Shown piece after piece: positions 18,761 through 27,678 of a DNA stretch of 64,000 nt. The stretch lies in the NCBI GenBank assembly GCA_963749705.1, contig CAVVNQ010000015.1:64001-128000 (forward strand), given 5' to 3'. Position 1 is the stretch's first letter; every line of letters begins with the position of its first letter. Both the position numbers and the translations under genes were made by a program. Source of the DNA: an uncultured Chloroflexia bacterium. Lineage in GTDB: Bacteria; Chloroflexota; Limnocylindria; Limnocylindrales; CSP1-4. Under the pieces are notes generated by a model. The model ran no database searches, was not told the DNA's origin, and saw only the letters and a list, made by a program, of their open reading frames with translations.

Positions 18761-20250
18761 ATGGGACGAATCGGATCGTCGGAGCGCGGGGCTGGCTGGT
18801 CGCGGCGGTGCTGGCAGCGCTGACCGGCGCAGCGTGGGCATGGCTCATGCCGCGCGGCCCGATCACCGCGCCGCAGGCCGTCGGTTCGCTGGCCGGCACG
18901 TTCGTGCTGGGCGTCGCGGCCGGGCTCGTCACCGGCCGGCGGCGGAGCGGCCTGCTCGCCGCCCTCGCGTTCGCCGCGACGTTCGAGGTCGTGCGCCTCG
19001 TCGTGATCGGGATCACCGGCCCGACCGTCGGTGCCCTCAGCCTCGGCTCCACCTACGGGCTCATCGCGTTCGCGCTCGGCCGGGGTGTCGATGCCCTGCT
19101 GCTCCTCGCCCCCATCCTGGTGGGCGCCGTGTGGGGCGTCGAGGCCGGCGCCCGGATCGGGCTGCCGGGGGTCGCGCGGATGGGCCTGCCGGCCTTGGCC
19201 GTCACCGGGCTGGCGACGCTGGCCCTGGTCGCCCTGGGTGTCCAGCTCGCGCTCCCGGTGTCGACCGCGCCGGTGTTCACGGCGGACGGACGGCCGCTCG
19301 ACGGCAGCGTCGCCGAGATCGCGAACGTGAGGATCGGCGGCCATGACCAGGCGGTCATGATCCGCGGCCGGAGCACCGGCAACCCCGTGCTCCTGTACCT
19401 CGCCGGCGGGCCCGGCGGCACCGATCTCGGCGCGATGCGTGCGGATGTCGGGCTGGAGCAGGACTTCGTCGTGGCCACCTGGGAGCAGCGCGGCGTGGGC
19501 AAGTCGTATGCCGCGCTCGACCCGGTCTCGACGCTCACCGTCGACTCGATGGTCGCGGACACGCTCGAGCTCACCGACTACCTCCGTGACCGGTTCGGCC
19601 AGGACCGGATCTACCTCGCCGGGAACTCCTGGGGCTCGATCCTGGGCGTGCTCGCGGTCCAGCGCCAGCCCGACCGATACCACGCGTTCGTGGGCGCCGG
19701 CCAGATGGTCAGCCCGCGCGAGACGGACCGGATGTTCTGGGAGGACGCGCTCGCGTGGGCCGAGCGGACGGGGGACACCGCCCTCGGGGCCACGCTCCGT
19801 GGCAACGGTCCGCCGCCGTACGACGACCTGCTCGCCTACGAGCCGGCGATCTCGCACGAGCACGACTGGAACCCGTATCCGGAGCTGGATCTCGATCGCG
19901 AGATGCCGGCCAACCTGTTCGTGCCCGAGAACAGCGTGATGGACCGGATCAACGGCCTGCGCTCGTTCCTCGACACGTTCTCGGTGCTGTACCCGCAGCT
20001 CCAGGACATCGACTTCCGCACCGATGCGACCACGATCGAGGTGCCGGTGTACCTCGCCGTGGGCGCCCACGAGGCGCGGGGTCGAGCGGTTCTCGCCGAC
20101 GAGTGGTTCGCGATGCTCCAGGCGCCGGCCAAGGAGCGCGTGGTGTTCGAGCATTCGGGCCATCGGCCGCAGTTCGAGGAGCCGGCCGCATTCGCCGCGC
20201 TGATGCGGCGGGTGGCTGCCGAGACCGGCGGCGCGGTCAGCCTGCGATGA
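18757..20250 (+). CDS. Membrane-anchored alpha/beta hydrolase (proline iminopeptidase-like)
   Basis: N-terminal TMs; LAGGPG, WEQRGVGKS, GNSWGS nucleophile, HSGHRP. Confidence 0.88.
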   Translation: MNGTNRIVGARGWLVAAVLAALTGAAWAWLMPRGPITAPQAVGSLAGTFVLGVAAGLVTGRRRSGLLAALAFAATFEVVRLVVIGITGPTVGALSLGSTYGLIAFALGRGVDALLLLAPILVGAVWGVEAGARIGLPGVARMGLPALAVTGLATLALVALGVQLALPVSTAPVFTADGRPLDGSVAEIANVRIGGHDQAVMIRGRSTGNPVLLYLAGGPGGTDLGAMRADVGLEQDFVVATWEQRGVGKSYAALDPVSTLTVDSMVADTLELTDYLRDRFGQDRIYLAGNSWGSILGVLAVQRQPDRYHAFVGAGQMVSPRETDRMFWEDALAWAERTGDTALGATLRGNGPPPYDDLLAYEPAISHEHDWNPYPELDLDREMPANLFVPENSVMDRINGLRSFLDTFSVLYPQLQDIDFRTDATTIEVPVYLAVGAHEARGRAVLADEWFAMLQAPAKERVVFEHSGHRPQFEEPAAFAALMRRVAAETGGAVSLR

Positions 20251-20259
20251 CGTGGAGCA

Positions 20260-21453
20260 TCAGGCGCGGCGCCTCGCATCGGCCGCGTCGCCGTTCGCGG
20301 GGGCCGCGGCCGGCAGCGACGGCAGCATGATCCGGAACACGATCGGTGCCACCGTGGCCGTGGCCGCCGCGAGCAGGATGATCTCCGCCTCGAGCCGCGC
20401 GTCGAGCAGCCCCAGCTGGACGCCGAGCGAGGCCACCACGATGATCAGCGACAGCCGGGCGGACAGCAGCGCCCCCGCGGCGATGGCCTCGCGCAGCGTG
20501 TGGCGGCGCCCCACCAGCAGCAGCGCAGGCCCGATCTTGACCACGGCCGCGATCACGAACAACCCGAGCGTGAACAGGATCGCGGACGGGTCCGAGATCG
20601 CGTCCAGCCGGAACCGGATCCCGACGCTGATGAAGAAGATCGGGATCAGGAAGCCGTAGGCGAACCCGGTCAGCTTGCGATCCAGCCCGCCGCGGTTGCG
20701 GAACACCGCCGCAAAGCTCGTGCCCGCCAGGAACGCGCCCAGGATCGGCTCGATCCCCAGCACCAGCGCGAGGCCCACGAACACCAGCATCAGCGCGAGC
20801 GTGAACCGGATCCCGATCTCGTCGGGGTCGTCCGCGTCGAACAGGCGGCCGAAGCGCTCCGGATACCACCAGGCCGCGCGTCGGAGCGCGAGCAGCGCGG
20901 CCCCGGCGATGAGCAGGAACGCCGGCAGGGCCAGCAGCCGGACGCCGACCCCGTGCTGCGTGACCAGCGCGACGACCGTGACCGCCAGCAGGGTCAGGAA
21001 ATCTGCGAGCAGCGCGCTGACCAGGATGTCCTGGCCCAGCGGCGTCGAGATCCGCCGGGTTGCCCGGAGCGTTGGGACGACCAGGCCGACCGAGGTCGTG
21101 GACAGGACGAGGGTGATGAAGATGCTCAGACCCAGCAGCTGCGCGGCGACCCATGAGCACAGCACCGTGCCCCCGAACACCGCCAGCCCGACGGTGACCG
21201 GGCGAACGCCCTGGCGCTCGAACACCCGCAGGTCGATCTCGAACCCGGACAGGAACAGCAGCATCAGGAACCCCAGCTCGGCCAGGGCGGTCGTCAGCTC
21301 GTCCGGGTGCACGATGCCCAGCACGGGTCCGGCGATGATCCCGAACACGATCTCGAGCACGACCGCCGGCACGCGCAGCGCGCCAGCAGCAAGCGGCAGC
21401 GCGAAGGCCGCCGCGGCGATGATGATCAGCGTCGCGGCGCTCTCCGGGGTCAC
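20260..21453 (-). CDS. Cation:proton antiporter (CPA2/KefB-like)
   Basis: LGFLMLLFLSGFEID, STTSVGLVVP, ILGAFLAG, FLIPIFFISVG; GTG start overlaps the upstream TGA. Confidence 0.92.
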   Translation of the reverse strand: MTPESAATLIIIAAAAFALPLAAGALRVPAVVLEIVFGIIAGPVLGIVHPDELTTALAELGFLMLLFLSGFEIDLRVFERQGVRPVTVGLAVFGGTVLCSWVAAQLLGLSIFITLVLSTTSVGLVVPTLRATRRISTPLGQDILVSALLADFLTLLAVTVVALVTQHGVGVRLLALPAFLLIAGAALLALRRAAWWYPERFGRLFDADDPDEIGIRFTLALMLVFVGLALVLGIEPILGAFLAGTSFAAVFRNRGGLDRKLTGFAYGFLIPIFFISVGIRFRLDAISDPSAILFTLGLFVIAAVVKIGPALLLVGRRHTLREAIAAGALLSARLSLIIVVASLGVQLGLLDARLEAEIILLAAATATVAPIVFRIMLPSLPAAAPANGDAADARRRA

Positions 21454-22880
21454 CGGTGCTCGCGCTCCGGGATCACCACGACCGAGGTGTGGATGCGGGC
21501 GACGATGTGACCCGCGAGGCCGGGCATCAGGATGCTCAGCGCCCCGTCGCCCAGCCCGAGGACCACCAGCAGGTCGGGGTCGAGGGCCGCGAACACGCGG
21601 ACCGGGTTGCCGCTCTCGACCCGGCCGGTGACCGTGACGCCCTGGACCGAGGCCTCGGCGCGGATCCGCGCCACGGCCCGCCGGACGAGCGCCGCATCCG
21701 AGTTGCCGGCCACGAACGCGGGCGGCACCACGCCCAGCGCCTCGAGCGGCAGCTCCGCGCGGGCGGCGAGGTCGATCGCGGTCCACGCCGCGCGCCAGCC
21801 GCCGAGGCTGTCGCGCGCGGGCGTCACGATCCCGCGGTATGCGGGCCGGCCCGCCGCCAGCAGTGCCGGCATCCCCGCCTTGCGCAGCGCATCGAGCGTC
21901 CGCACGGTGCGGATCCGGCCATCGGGCTTGGGGAGCACGACGACGCCCACGCTCTCGCGGCCGGCAAGCTCGAGCAGGGCGGGCAGCCCCGACAGCCCGC
22001 GCGCCGCCGGCCGCGGCTCGATCTCCGCGCCCATGTCGGCAAGGCGGTCCAGCACCCCGGCCAGCTCGTGGGCGCGGTCGGGATCGAGCGTGGACGGATC
22101 GTCGTGGACGACGTACAGCGACGCAGCCGCGGTCGCCCGGGCGAATGCCAGGGCCTCGGCGATCAGCGATTCGGGGAGGGGACCGGCCCCGAGCGAGATG
22201 GCCGCGTTGCGCCCGTAGTTGAGCGGGAAGTGCGCCTGGCCCCCGGTGAACGTCTCGACCATCGCGCCGTGGTCCGCGGCCGCCCCGACGACGGTCACCA
22301 GATCGCCCTCCTGCAGCTCGGTGCCGCCGTGGGGGACGATCAACTGGTCGTCGCGCAGCACGGCAGCGACCAGCCACGGCATCCGGCCCAGCGCGTGCAG
22401 GGGCCGGTCGCGGAGCGGCGAGTCGGGGGAGATCCGGAACTCGACCGCCTCGGCGCGTCCGTTGGCGAACGCTGCCGACGACACGCGCCGCGGCTCAAGG
22501 TTGATCTCGACATGTCGTGCCGCGAGCCGCGTCGGCGATACGGCCACGACCCCCTCCCGCCGCAGATCGCCCAGCGAGTCCGGGTCCTCGACGATCGCGA
22601 CGATCCGGTCGACCTCGGCCTCGACCGCCAGCCGGCAGACCTCGCTGTTCACGGCGTCGTCACCGGTGGCGGCGATGACCGCATCGGCCTCGGCCAGGCC
22701 GGCCCGCTCGAGCACGACCCGGCTCGAGCCGTCGCCGAGCACCGGCGCAACCGCCCGGACCGCGGTGATCCGGTCGAGACGAGCGGCATCCGTATCGAGG
22801 ACCACGACGTCCCAGCGCTCGCCCAGTCGCGCGAGCACGGCACGCGCCGCGCTGCCCGCGCCAACCACGATCACCCGCAT
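21450..22880 (-). CDS. TrkA-family RCK protein with C-terminal USP-like extension
   Basis: VIVVGAG, GDGSS..LERAGL, ATGDDAVN (RCK_N); PHGGTELQEGD (RCK_C); C-terminal USP-like ESGNP...SVVVIP. Confidence 0.85.
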   Translation of the reverse strand: MRVIVVGAGSAARAVLARLGERWDVVVLDTDAARLDRITAVRAVAPVLGDGSSRVVLERAGLAEADAVIAATGDDAVNSEVCRLAVEAEVDRIVAIVEDPDSLGDLRREGVVAVSPTRLAARHVEINLEPRRVSSAAFANGRAEAVEFRISPDSPLRDRPLHALGRMPWLVAAVLRDDQLIVPHGGTELQEGDLVTVVGAAADHGAMVETFTGGQAHFPLNYGRNAAISLGAGPLPESLIAEALAFARATAAASLYVVHDDPSTLDPDRAHELAGVLDRLADMGAEIEPRPAARGLSGLPALLELAGRESVGVVVLPKPDGRIRTVRTLDALRKAGMPALLAAGRPAYRGIVTPARDSLGGWRAAWTAIDLAARAELPLEALGVVPPAFVAGNSDAALVRRAVARIRAEASVQGVTVTGRVESGNPVRVFAALDPDLLVVLGLGDGALSILMPGLAGHIVARIHTSVVVIPEREHR

Positions 22881-23105
22881 CCGCTTCTCCGTGCTCCGCC
22901 CACCGGCCGACCATCCGGGGGCCCGGGCGCCACCCGGGGTCCTGGCCAGGTGAGCGATGCCGATCGCTCGCCCGTCGGGCGTCCGGGGAGTCTACGGGTG
23001 CCGCCGGGCAGGCGTCGAATTGGCGATGCCGAATTCGGCCGCGCGGATGGATCCGGTGAGCCGGCTCGTGCCCTGCCGGTCACCGGCACCTGCCGGGGCT
23101 CCCCT

Positions 23106-24344
23106 TCATGGTCCCGCCGGACGAGTGAGCCGGACAAGGTGGACATCGCCGGCGATCCCCTGGAGGCGGGCCGGACCGGTGGGGATCGAGCTCACCAGGT
23201 CGGCCGGCAGGGTTCGTGCGAGGTCCGCGGTCGCCAGCAGCTGGCCGGCCTCGGCGACGTCCGCGATCCGCGCGGCACGGTTCACGGTTGCGCCGAACAC
23301 ATCGCCGTCGCGGACGATGAGCGGCCCCGACTCGACCCCGGCGTGCCCGGAGGGCAGATCGGATCGATCGAGCTCGTCGAGCACCTCGAGCGTTGCGTCG
23401 ACGGCATCCCGCGCGCTGGCGAAGCGCAGCAGCACGCCGTCGCCGAGCTGCTTGACCAGCCGCCCTTGCCGGGCGTCCGCGATCCCGCCGGCGAGGTCGG
23501 CCAGCTGGCCCGCGATCCGAGCCGCCACCCGGTCGCCCCGGACCTCCGTGAGCCGGGTGAAGCCCGCGAGGTCCACGAACGCAATCGCGGGATCGTCGAC
23601 GTTCCGGGCCGGAACGTAGCCGCTCGCGGCCAGCAGGCGTTCGGTCTCGGCGACGCTCCAGGAATCGATCGCGGTGCTGAGGTGACGCGCCTGGAGCCAG
23701 CCGGACATTTGCGGTGCGAGCCTGGCGATCCGCGCCCATGGCCGGAGGAACTCCGCGTACACCGCGTCCGGCGGGATCCCTGCAATGTCCTCGGTCGCGA
23801 GCTCCACGGCCTCGGCATAGACGGACATGGCGGCCTCGCTCGTCCGGCGCGCAGAGGCCCCGAAGATCTGGATCGCGCGGAGGACGAGGTCCTGGTCGCG
23901 GTTGATCTCGATCAGCTCGAGGATCTCGAGCAGCATCCGCTCATCGGCCGCTTCGAGGCGGTCCCGAGGCTCTGGCTCGGCAAGGCCGAGAGCCGTGTGA
24001 AGCCGTCGCAACCGACCGGCCCGCACCGGACCAACCTCGGCCAGCAGCGCTTCGTAGGTGTGATCCGCGACCGGTCCAGGGTCCTGGTGCAGCTGGTCGT
24101 AGTACGCGAAGCTGATGGCGCCCTGCTCGTTTGCCCGCGCCAGCGCCTCGATCGCGACGCCCGCCTCGACGAACCCTTCCGCAAGCCGAACCCGGTGAGC
24201 ATCGCCGGCCGCGTAGCCCTCTGGACCGGGCCGGATGAGGCCGAGGCGCTCGAGCTCGGCCACGCGGGCAGAGGTCGACCGGGCCAGGGCCGCGAGCTCG
24301 TCGGCGCTCAGGCCGCGCCCGCCAGCGCGGTCATCCCCGGTCAG
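23106..24344 (-). CDS. Class III adenylate/guanylate cyclase with N-terminal regulatory region
   Basis: FVDLAGFT, VKQLGDGV, GDVFGATVNRAARI; start uncertain (GTG 24263 or CTG 24344). Confidence 0.88.
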   Translation of the reverse strand: MTGDDRAGGRGLSADELAALARSTSARVAELERLGLIRPGPEGYAAGDAHRVRLAEGFVEAGVAIEALARANEQGAISFAYYDQLHQDPGPVADHTYEALLAEVGPVRAGRLRRLHTALGLAEPEPRDRLEAADERMLLEILELIEINRDQDLVLRAIQIFGASARRTSEAAMSVYAEAVELATEDIAGIPPDAVYAEFLRPWARIARLAPQMSGWLQARHLSTAIDSWSVAETERLLAASGYVPARNVDDPAIAFVDLAGFTRLTEVRGDRVAARIAGQLADLAGGIADARQGRLVKQLGDGVLLRFASARDAVDATLEVLDELDRSDLPSGHAGVESGPLIVRDGDVFGATVNRAARIADVAEAGQLLATADLARTLPADLVSSIPTGPARLQGIAGDVHLVRLTRPAGP

Positions 24345-24388
24345 GGTGAGGCCTCCGCCGGCCGGCTGTCGGATGCCGCCGCCCCCGG

Positions 24389-25183
24389 TCAGCTCGCATG
24401 CTGGTCGGCCGCGGCATCTGGCTCCGTGGACGTGTCGGCCGCCGGTGTCGTCCCAGTGGGCGCCGTCCCAGCCGATGCTCGAACCCCGTCGATCGCCGCG
24501 TCGATGCCGGCGGTCCAGGCCTCGCCGTGGCCGGGCAGCACGAACGCGGCCTCGAGACCGGCGAGCCGGTCGAGCGATGACAGGGCCTGGGCCGGGTCCG
24601 CCGTGAACGGTGCGATCCTCGGCCCGCTCGCTCCGGTGGTCACCGCGTACGTCGCAAGGGCATCGCCCACGAACAGCGCGGAATGGCCGGGGACGTGGAG
24701 GGCGGCATGGCCCGGCGTGTGGCCCGGGACGAGGATCACCCGCGGGCTGCCGGGCACGTCGAGCGTCGCGCCATCACCGAACGTCGCGACCTCGGCCACG
24801 ATCGGCCGGCGAAGCCCGCCCCGCAGGAGCCCGAACCACAGGAACCGGAGCAGCGGCGCGATCCGCACCGGACCGAGCCCCTGCGAGGGGTTCGGCACCT
24901 CGCCACGGGCCAGCGCCGCGTCCGCCTCGCCGATCCAGACCGGCACGCGTCGCTCACGACGAACACGGTCCGCGAACCCGATGTGGTCGGAATGCCCGTG
25001 CGTGAGCACGATCGCCCGCACGTCGCCGATCGACCGGCCCATGCGCTCGAGCTCGGCGGGCAGGGCCTTGTACAGGCCGGGCATCCCGGTGTCGATGATG
25101 GTGACCGCGCCGCCATCGTCGACGAGATACGAGTTGACGATGGGGTTCGATCCGAGGCGATGGAGTCCGGGGGCGATGTTCAT
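24389..25183 (-). CDS. MBL-fold metallo-hydrolase
   Basis: IIDTG, LTHGHSDHIG, PGHTPGH, FVGDA, LPGHG. Confidence 0.92.
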   Translation of the reverse strand: MNIAPGLHRLGSNPIVNSYLVDDGGAVTIIDTGMPGLYKALPAELERMGRSIGDVRAIVLTHGHSDHIGFADRVRRERRVPVWIGEADAALARGEVPNPSQGLGPVRIAPLLRFLWFGLLRGGLRRPIVAEVATFGDGATLDVPGSPRVILVPGHTPGHAALHVPGHSALFVGDALATYAVTTGASGPRIAPFTADPAQALSSLDRLAGLEAAFVLPGHGEAWTAGIDAAIDGVRASAGTAPTGTTPAADTSTEPDAAADQHAS

Positions 25184-25382
25184 CGAGCAGCTCCGGGCGC
25201 GGGTGTGCGACGACGCTCCGACGCGGGTCATGTCAAGCCCGCGGGCCAGCGCAGGATATCGCGCGCGGTCAGCCGGCAGCCGGGCGGGCCGTCCCCTTCC
25301 AGGGCTGACAGGGCGGATTCGGCATCGCCCCCTGCTGCCGCAGCAACACGCTGCCTCACCGGGGTCCACAATCGCTCCCGTG

Positions 25383-25448
25383 ATGGCGTCCCGGCTCCTC
25401 GAGACGAAGCTCCACGCTCCCCCGAGCCGGAACGGCCTCGTCGCGCGA
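25383..25448 (+). pseudogene. 5' remnant of a MalT-like LuxR regulator
   Basis: MASRLLETKLHAPPSRNGLVAR matches the typical MalT-family N-terminus, then the reading breaks off. Confidence 0.65.
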
Positions 25449-25761
25449 CGGCATCGGCACCGGGCTCATCCTCGGCTGGCTGCTCTACCGGTCCGGGCTG
25501 GTATCCCGCCGCATGGCGCTGTTCGGGGTCGTCGGCGGCCCGCTGCTCGCCGCCTCGGGCGGCGCGGTCCTGATGGGCCTGATCCCGCAGGGCTCCGCGC
25601 TGCAGGGGGTCGCGACCGTCCCGGAGGTCATCTGGGAGGTCTTCCTGGGCCTCTGGCTCACCTTCAGGGGGTTCAGCCGGACGACCGTCGCGAGCGACGA
25701 GGCACGCCCTCTCGGGGCGGGCGGCGCAGCGCGCGCGGCCTCCGCGAGTCCCGCGGGGTAG
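25449..25761 (+). pseudogene. 3' remnant of a DUF4386 membrane protein
   Basis: GIGTGLILGWLLYRSGLVSRRMALFGVVGGPL...VPEVIWEVFLGLWLTFRGF; N-terminal part missing. Confidence 0.7.
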
Positions 25762-25850
25762 CCCGCCAACTCGGCTCGCTGGCTTCGCGTCACGCCGGCG
25801 GAGGCGGCCCGGAGATCGAGCCGCCTCCGCCGATTGAGCGTCAGGTGTGG

Positions 25851-26795
25851 TCAGTGCGACCGGGTGCTGACCAGGATGTCCCCGTCGCGGCCGAAGTGGA
25901 GGCGCGTGCCATCCCACGACAGCGACGAGCGGGTCTCGTTGCCGGCCGTGTTGACGTTGGTGCCCAGGTTGACGGGCGCCGACCACGGGTCAGCCGTGCT
26001 CGCCCGGACGGCGGTGTAGACGTCCTGGCCGCCGTAGCCACCCGGACGGTTCGAGTTGAAGACGATCTCGCGGCCGTCCTTGCGGACGTTCGGCATGAAG
26101 TCGTTCGCCGCGGTGCTGAGCTCAGCGACGAGGGTCGGAGCGCCAAAGCTCCCGTCCTCCGCGCGCCGGCTCATGTAGATGTCCTGATCGCCACCGACGT
26201 CGAAGCCGTCGCTGGAGAAGTACAGGAACGTGCCCTCGGCGGTCTCGACCAACGACGGGCCGAACTCGCTGCCAGGGAAGTTCGGGCCGTCGCCGTCAGC
26301 TGCGCAACCCAGGTTGTCGACGCTCCAGCCGTGGGCCGGATTGTTCCTGGCGAGGTAGATGTCACCGCCCCCGCAACCGCCCGGGCGAGTGGACACGAAC
26401 AACAGGTACTTGCCCCGGAGCGGCGTCGGACAGTAGTCGGCCGACGTCGAGTTCACCGGCTGGCCGAGGTTCTGGGCCGGTCCCCAGGCCCCACCGATCG
26501 AGTCGCGGTGGAAGACCCAGATGTCGTTCGGATCAGGCGTGCCCGTCCCACCCGCACGGTTCGACGCGATGTAGAGGCTCAGGCCATCCGGCGACTCGAT
26601 CGGACAGCCCTCGGCCGCGCTGGTGTTGACGCCGGTCTCGGGGACCGCAAGCCCCCATTCGCCGAACGACTTGCCCGAGACGCTGGACGGTGCGATCAGG
26701 AGGATCGCCGCCGCGGCCGCGACGACCCGGACGAGACTGGTGTGCGCCGGTAGGCGGCGCCGGTGCGTGGATCGATCCGCTGCGTAGCCGGTCAT
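25851..26795 (-). CDS. Secreted PD40 (WD40-like) beta-propeller protein
   Basis: Signal-like hydrophobic stretch; repeats SPDGLSLYIASNR, DGREIVFNSNRPGGYGGQDVY, W..PVNLG..VN. Confidence 0.85.
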   Translation of the reverse strand: MTGYAADRSTHRRRLPAHTSLVRVVAAAAAILLIAPSSVSGKSFGEWGLAVPETGVNTSAAEGCPIESPDGLSLYIASNRAGGTGTPDPNDIWVFHRDSIGGAWGPAQNLGQPVNSTSADYCPTPLRGKYLLFVSTRPGGCGGGDIYLARNNPAHGWSVDNLGCAADGDGPNFPGSEFGPSLVETAEGTFLYFSSDGFDVGGDQDIYMSRRAEDGSFGAPTLVAELSTAANDFMPNVRKDGREIVFNSNRPGGYGGQDVYTAVRASTADPWSAPVNLGTNVNTAGNETRSSLSWDGTRLHFGRDGDILVSTRSH

Positions 26796-26885
26796 TGCTC
26801 TCCCTCCATCGGTAGAGGCGGAGCGGCGCCCCGCTGCATCCGGGAGAGAGGGTGGTCGTCACGTCGGCCGAACACATCGGGACGG

Positions 26886-26915
26886 TCCTTAGGCGGCGGT
26901 CCCTGGTTTCCTCAA
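26886..26915 (-). promoter_or_regulatory. Putative LuxR-type activator site upstream of the PD40 gene
   Basis: tccttag at 26886 and tcctcaa at 26909 (23-bp spacing), same layout as 27628-27657. Confidence 0.45.
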
Positions 26916-26930
26916 TTCTCGGGCCGTGCC

Positions 26931-27290
26931 TCAGAGGGTGTAGAGCGGCGCTCCGCTTACGAGCTCAGCGACGAAGTCCACCGCCGAGATGATCCGAGCG
27001 CCTTCGATCAGGTCCTCGTCGGTGATGCCGCGCGGCTTCGTGCAGGCATTGCAGGCCCAGATCTGCCCACCATTGGCCAGCAGCGAGTCGACAACCTCTC
27101 GGAGTGGCGGCAGTCCCGGGTGGTGGATGTCGTCGGCGTAGCGCTTCGTCGCCAACCAGACGCCCTCGATCGTCAGCAGGACGATCGCCTCCTGATCGGC
27201 CGATGCGGCGACGTTCGCGACGATGAACGGCAGCGTCGCTCGCTCCGGGTCATCGCGACCATGCGTGGATTGCGCCAGGAACTTCGGCAC
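26931..27290 (-). CDS. DsrE/DsrF-like protein
   Basis: THGRDDPERATLPF, LTIEGVWL, IWACNAC..RGI. Confidence 0.88.
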   Translation of the reverse strand: MPKFLAQSTHGRDDPERATLPFIVANVAASADQEAIVLLTIEGVWLATKRYADDIHHPGLPPLREVVDSLLANGGQIWACNACTKPRGITDEDLIEGARIISAVDFVAELVSGAPLYTL

Positions 27291-27306
27291 GTGTGGTCCT
27301 CCAAGC

Positions 27307-27558
27307 CTACTTTCGAGACAGGAAGTAGCGGGTCCTTCCCGGCCCGTCCTCGACCACGGCGACGATGGGGTTGCCGGTCAGCCTCGACCAGGCGGCCAGC
27401 CCGCTGCGCGCCGTGGGGTCGTCCGAGATCACCTCCAGGATCTGGCCGGAAGCCAGCTTGCGGATCTGTGAGGCGATCATCGGCGTCAACGTCGAGCATG
27501 CTTGCCCGACCATGTCCATCTGAACGTCCGCGATCGGGACACTCGATGCGTCGGTCAT
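27307..27558 (-). CDS. TusA/SirA-like sulfur carrier
   Basis: DMVGQAC, LASGQILEVISDDP..RSGLAAWSRLTGN. Confidence 0.82.
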   Translation of the reverse strand: MTDASSVPIADVQMDMVGQACSTLTPMIASQIRKLASGQILEVISDDPTARSGLAAWSRLTGNPIVAVVEDGPGRTRYFLSRK

Positions 27559-27627
27559 TGGCTGCTCCTGTTCGCTGGCATGTTCCCGGCAGCGTAGGGT
27601 CGGATGGCATGCACGGCAATGGGCGGC

Positions 27628-27657
27628 TCCTTAGAAATCGCCTATGGCCTTCCTTAG
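27628..27657 (-). promoter_or_regulatory. Putative LuxR-type activator site upstream of tusA-dsrE
   Basis: tccttag at 27628 and 27651 with cctatgg between. Confidence 0.5.
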
Positions 27658-27678
27658 GCCGATGGTCATAATCCGCGG

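Noticed and set aside
21456-26753. 1765-aa plus-strand ORF
   Set aside because: Shadow ORF antisense to several well-supported minus-strand genes; typical high-GC artefact. Only its MASRLLETKL segment is meaningful.
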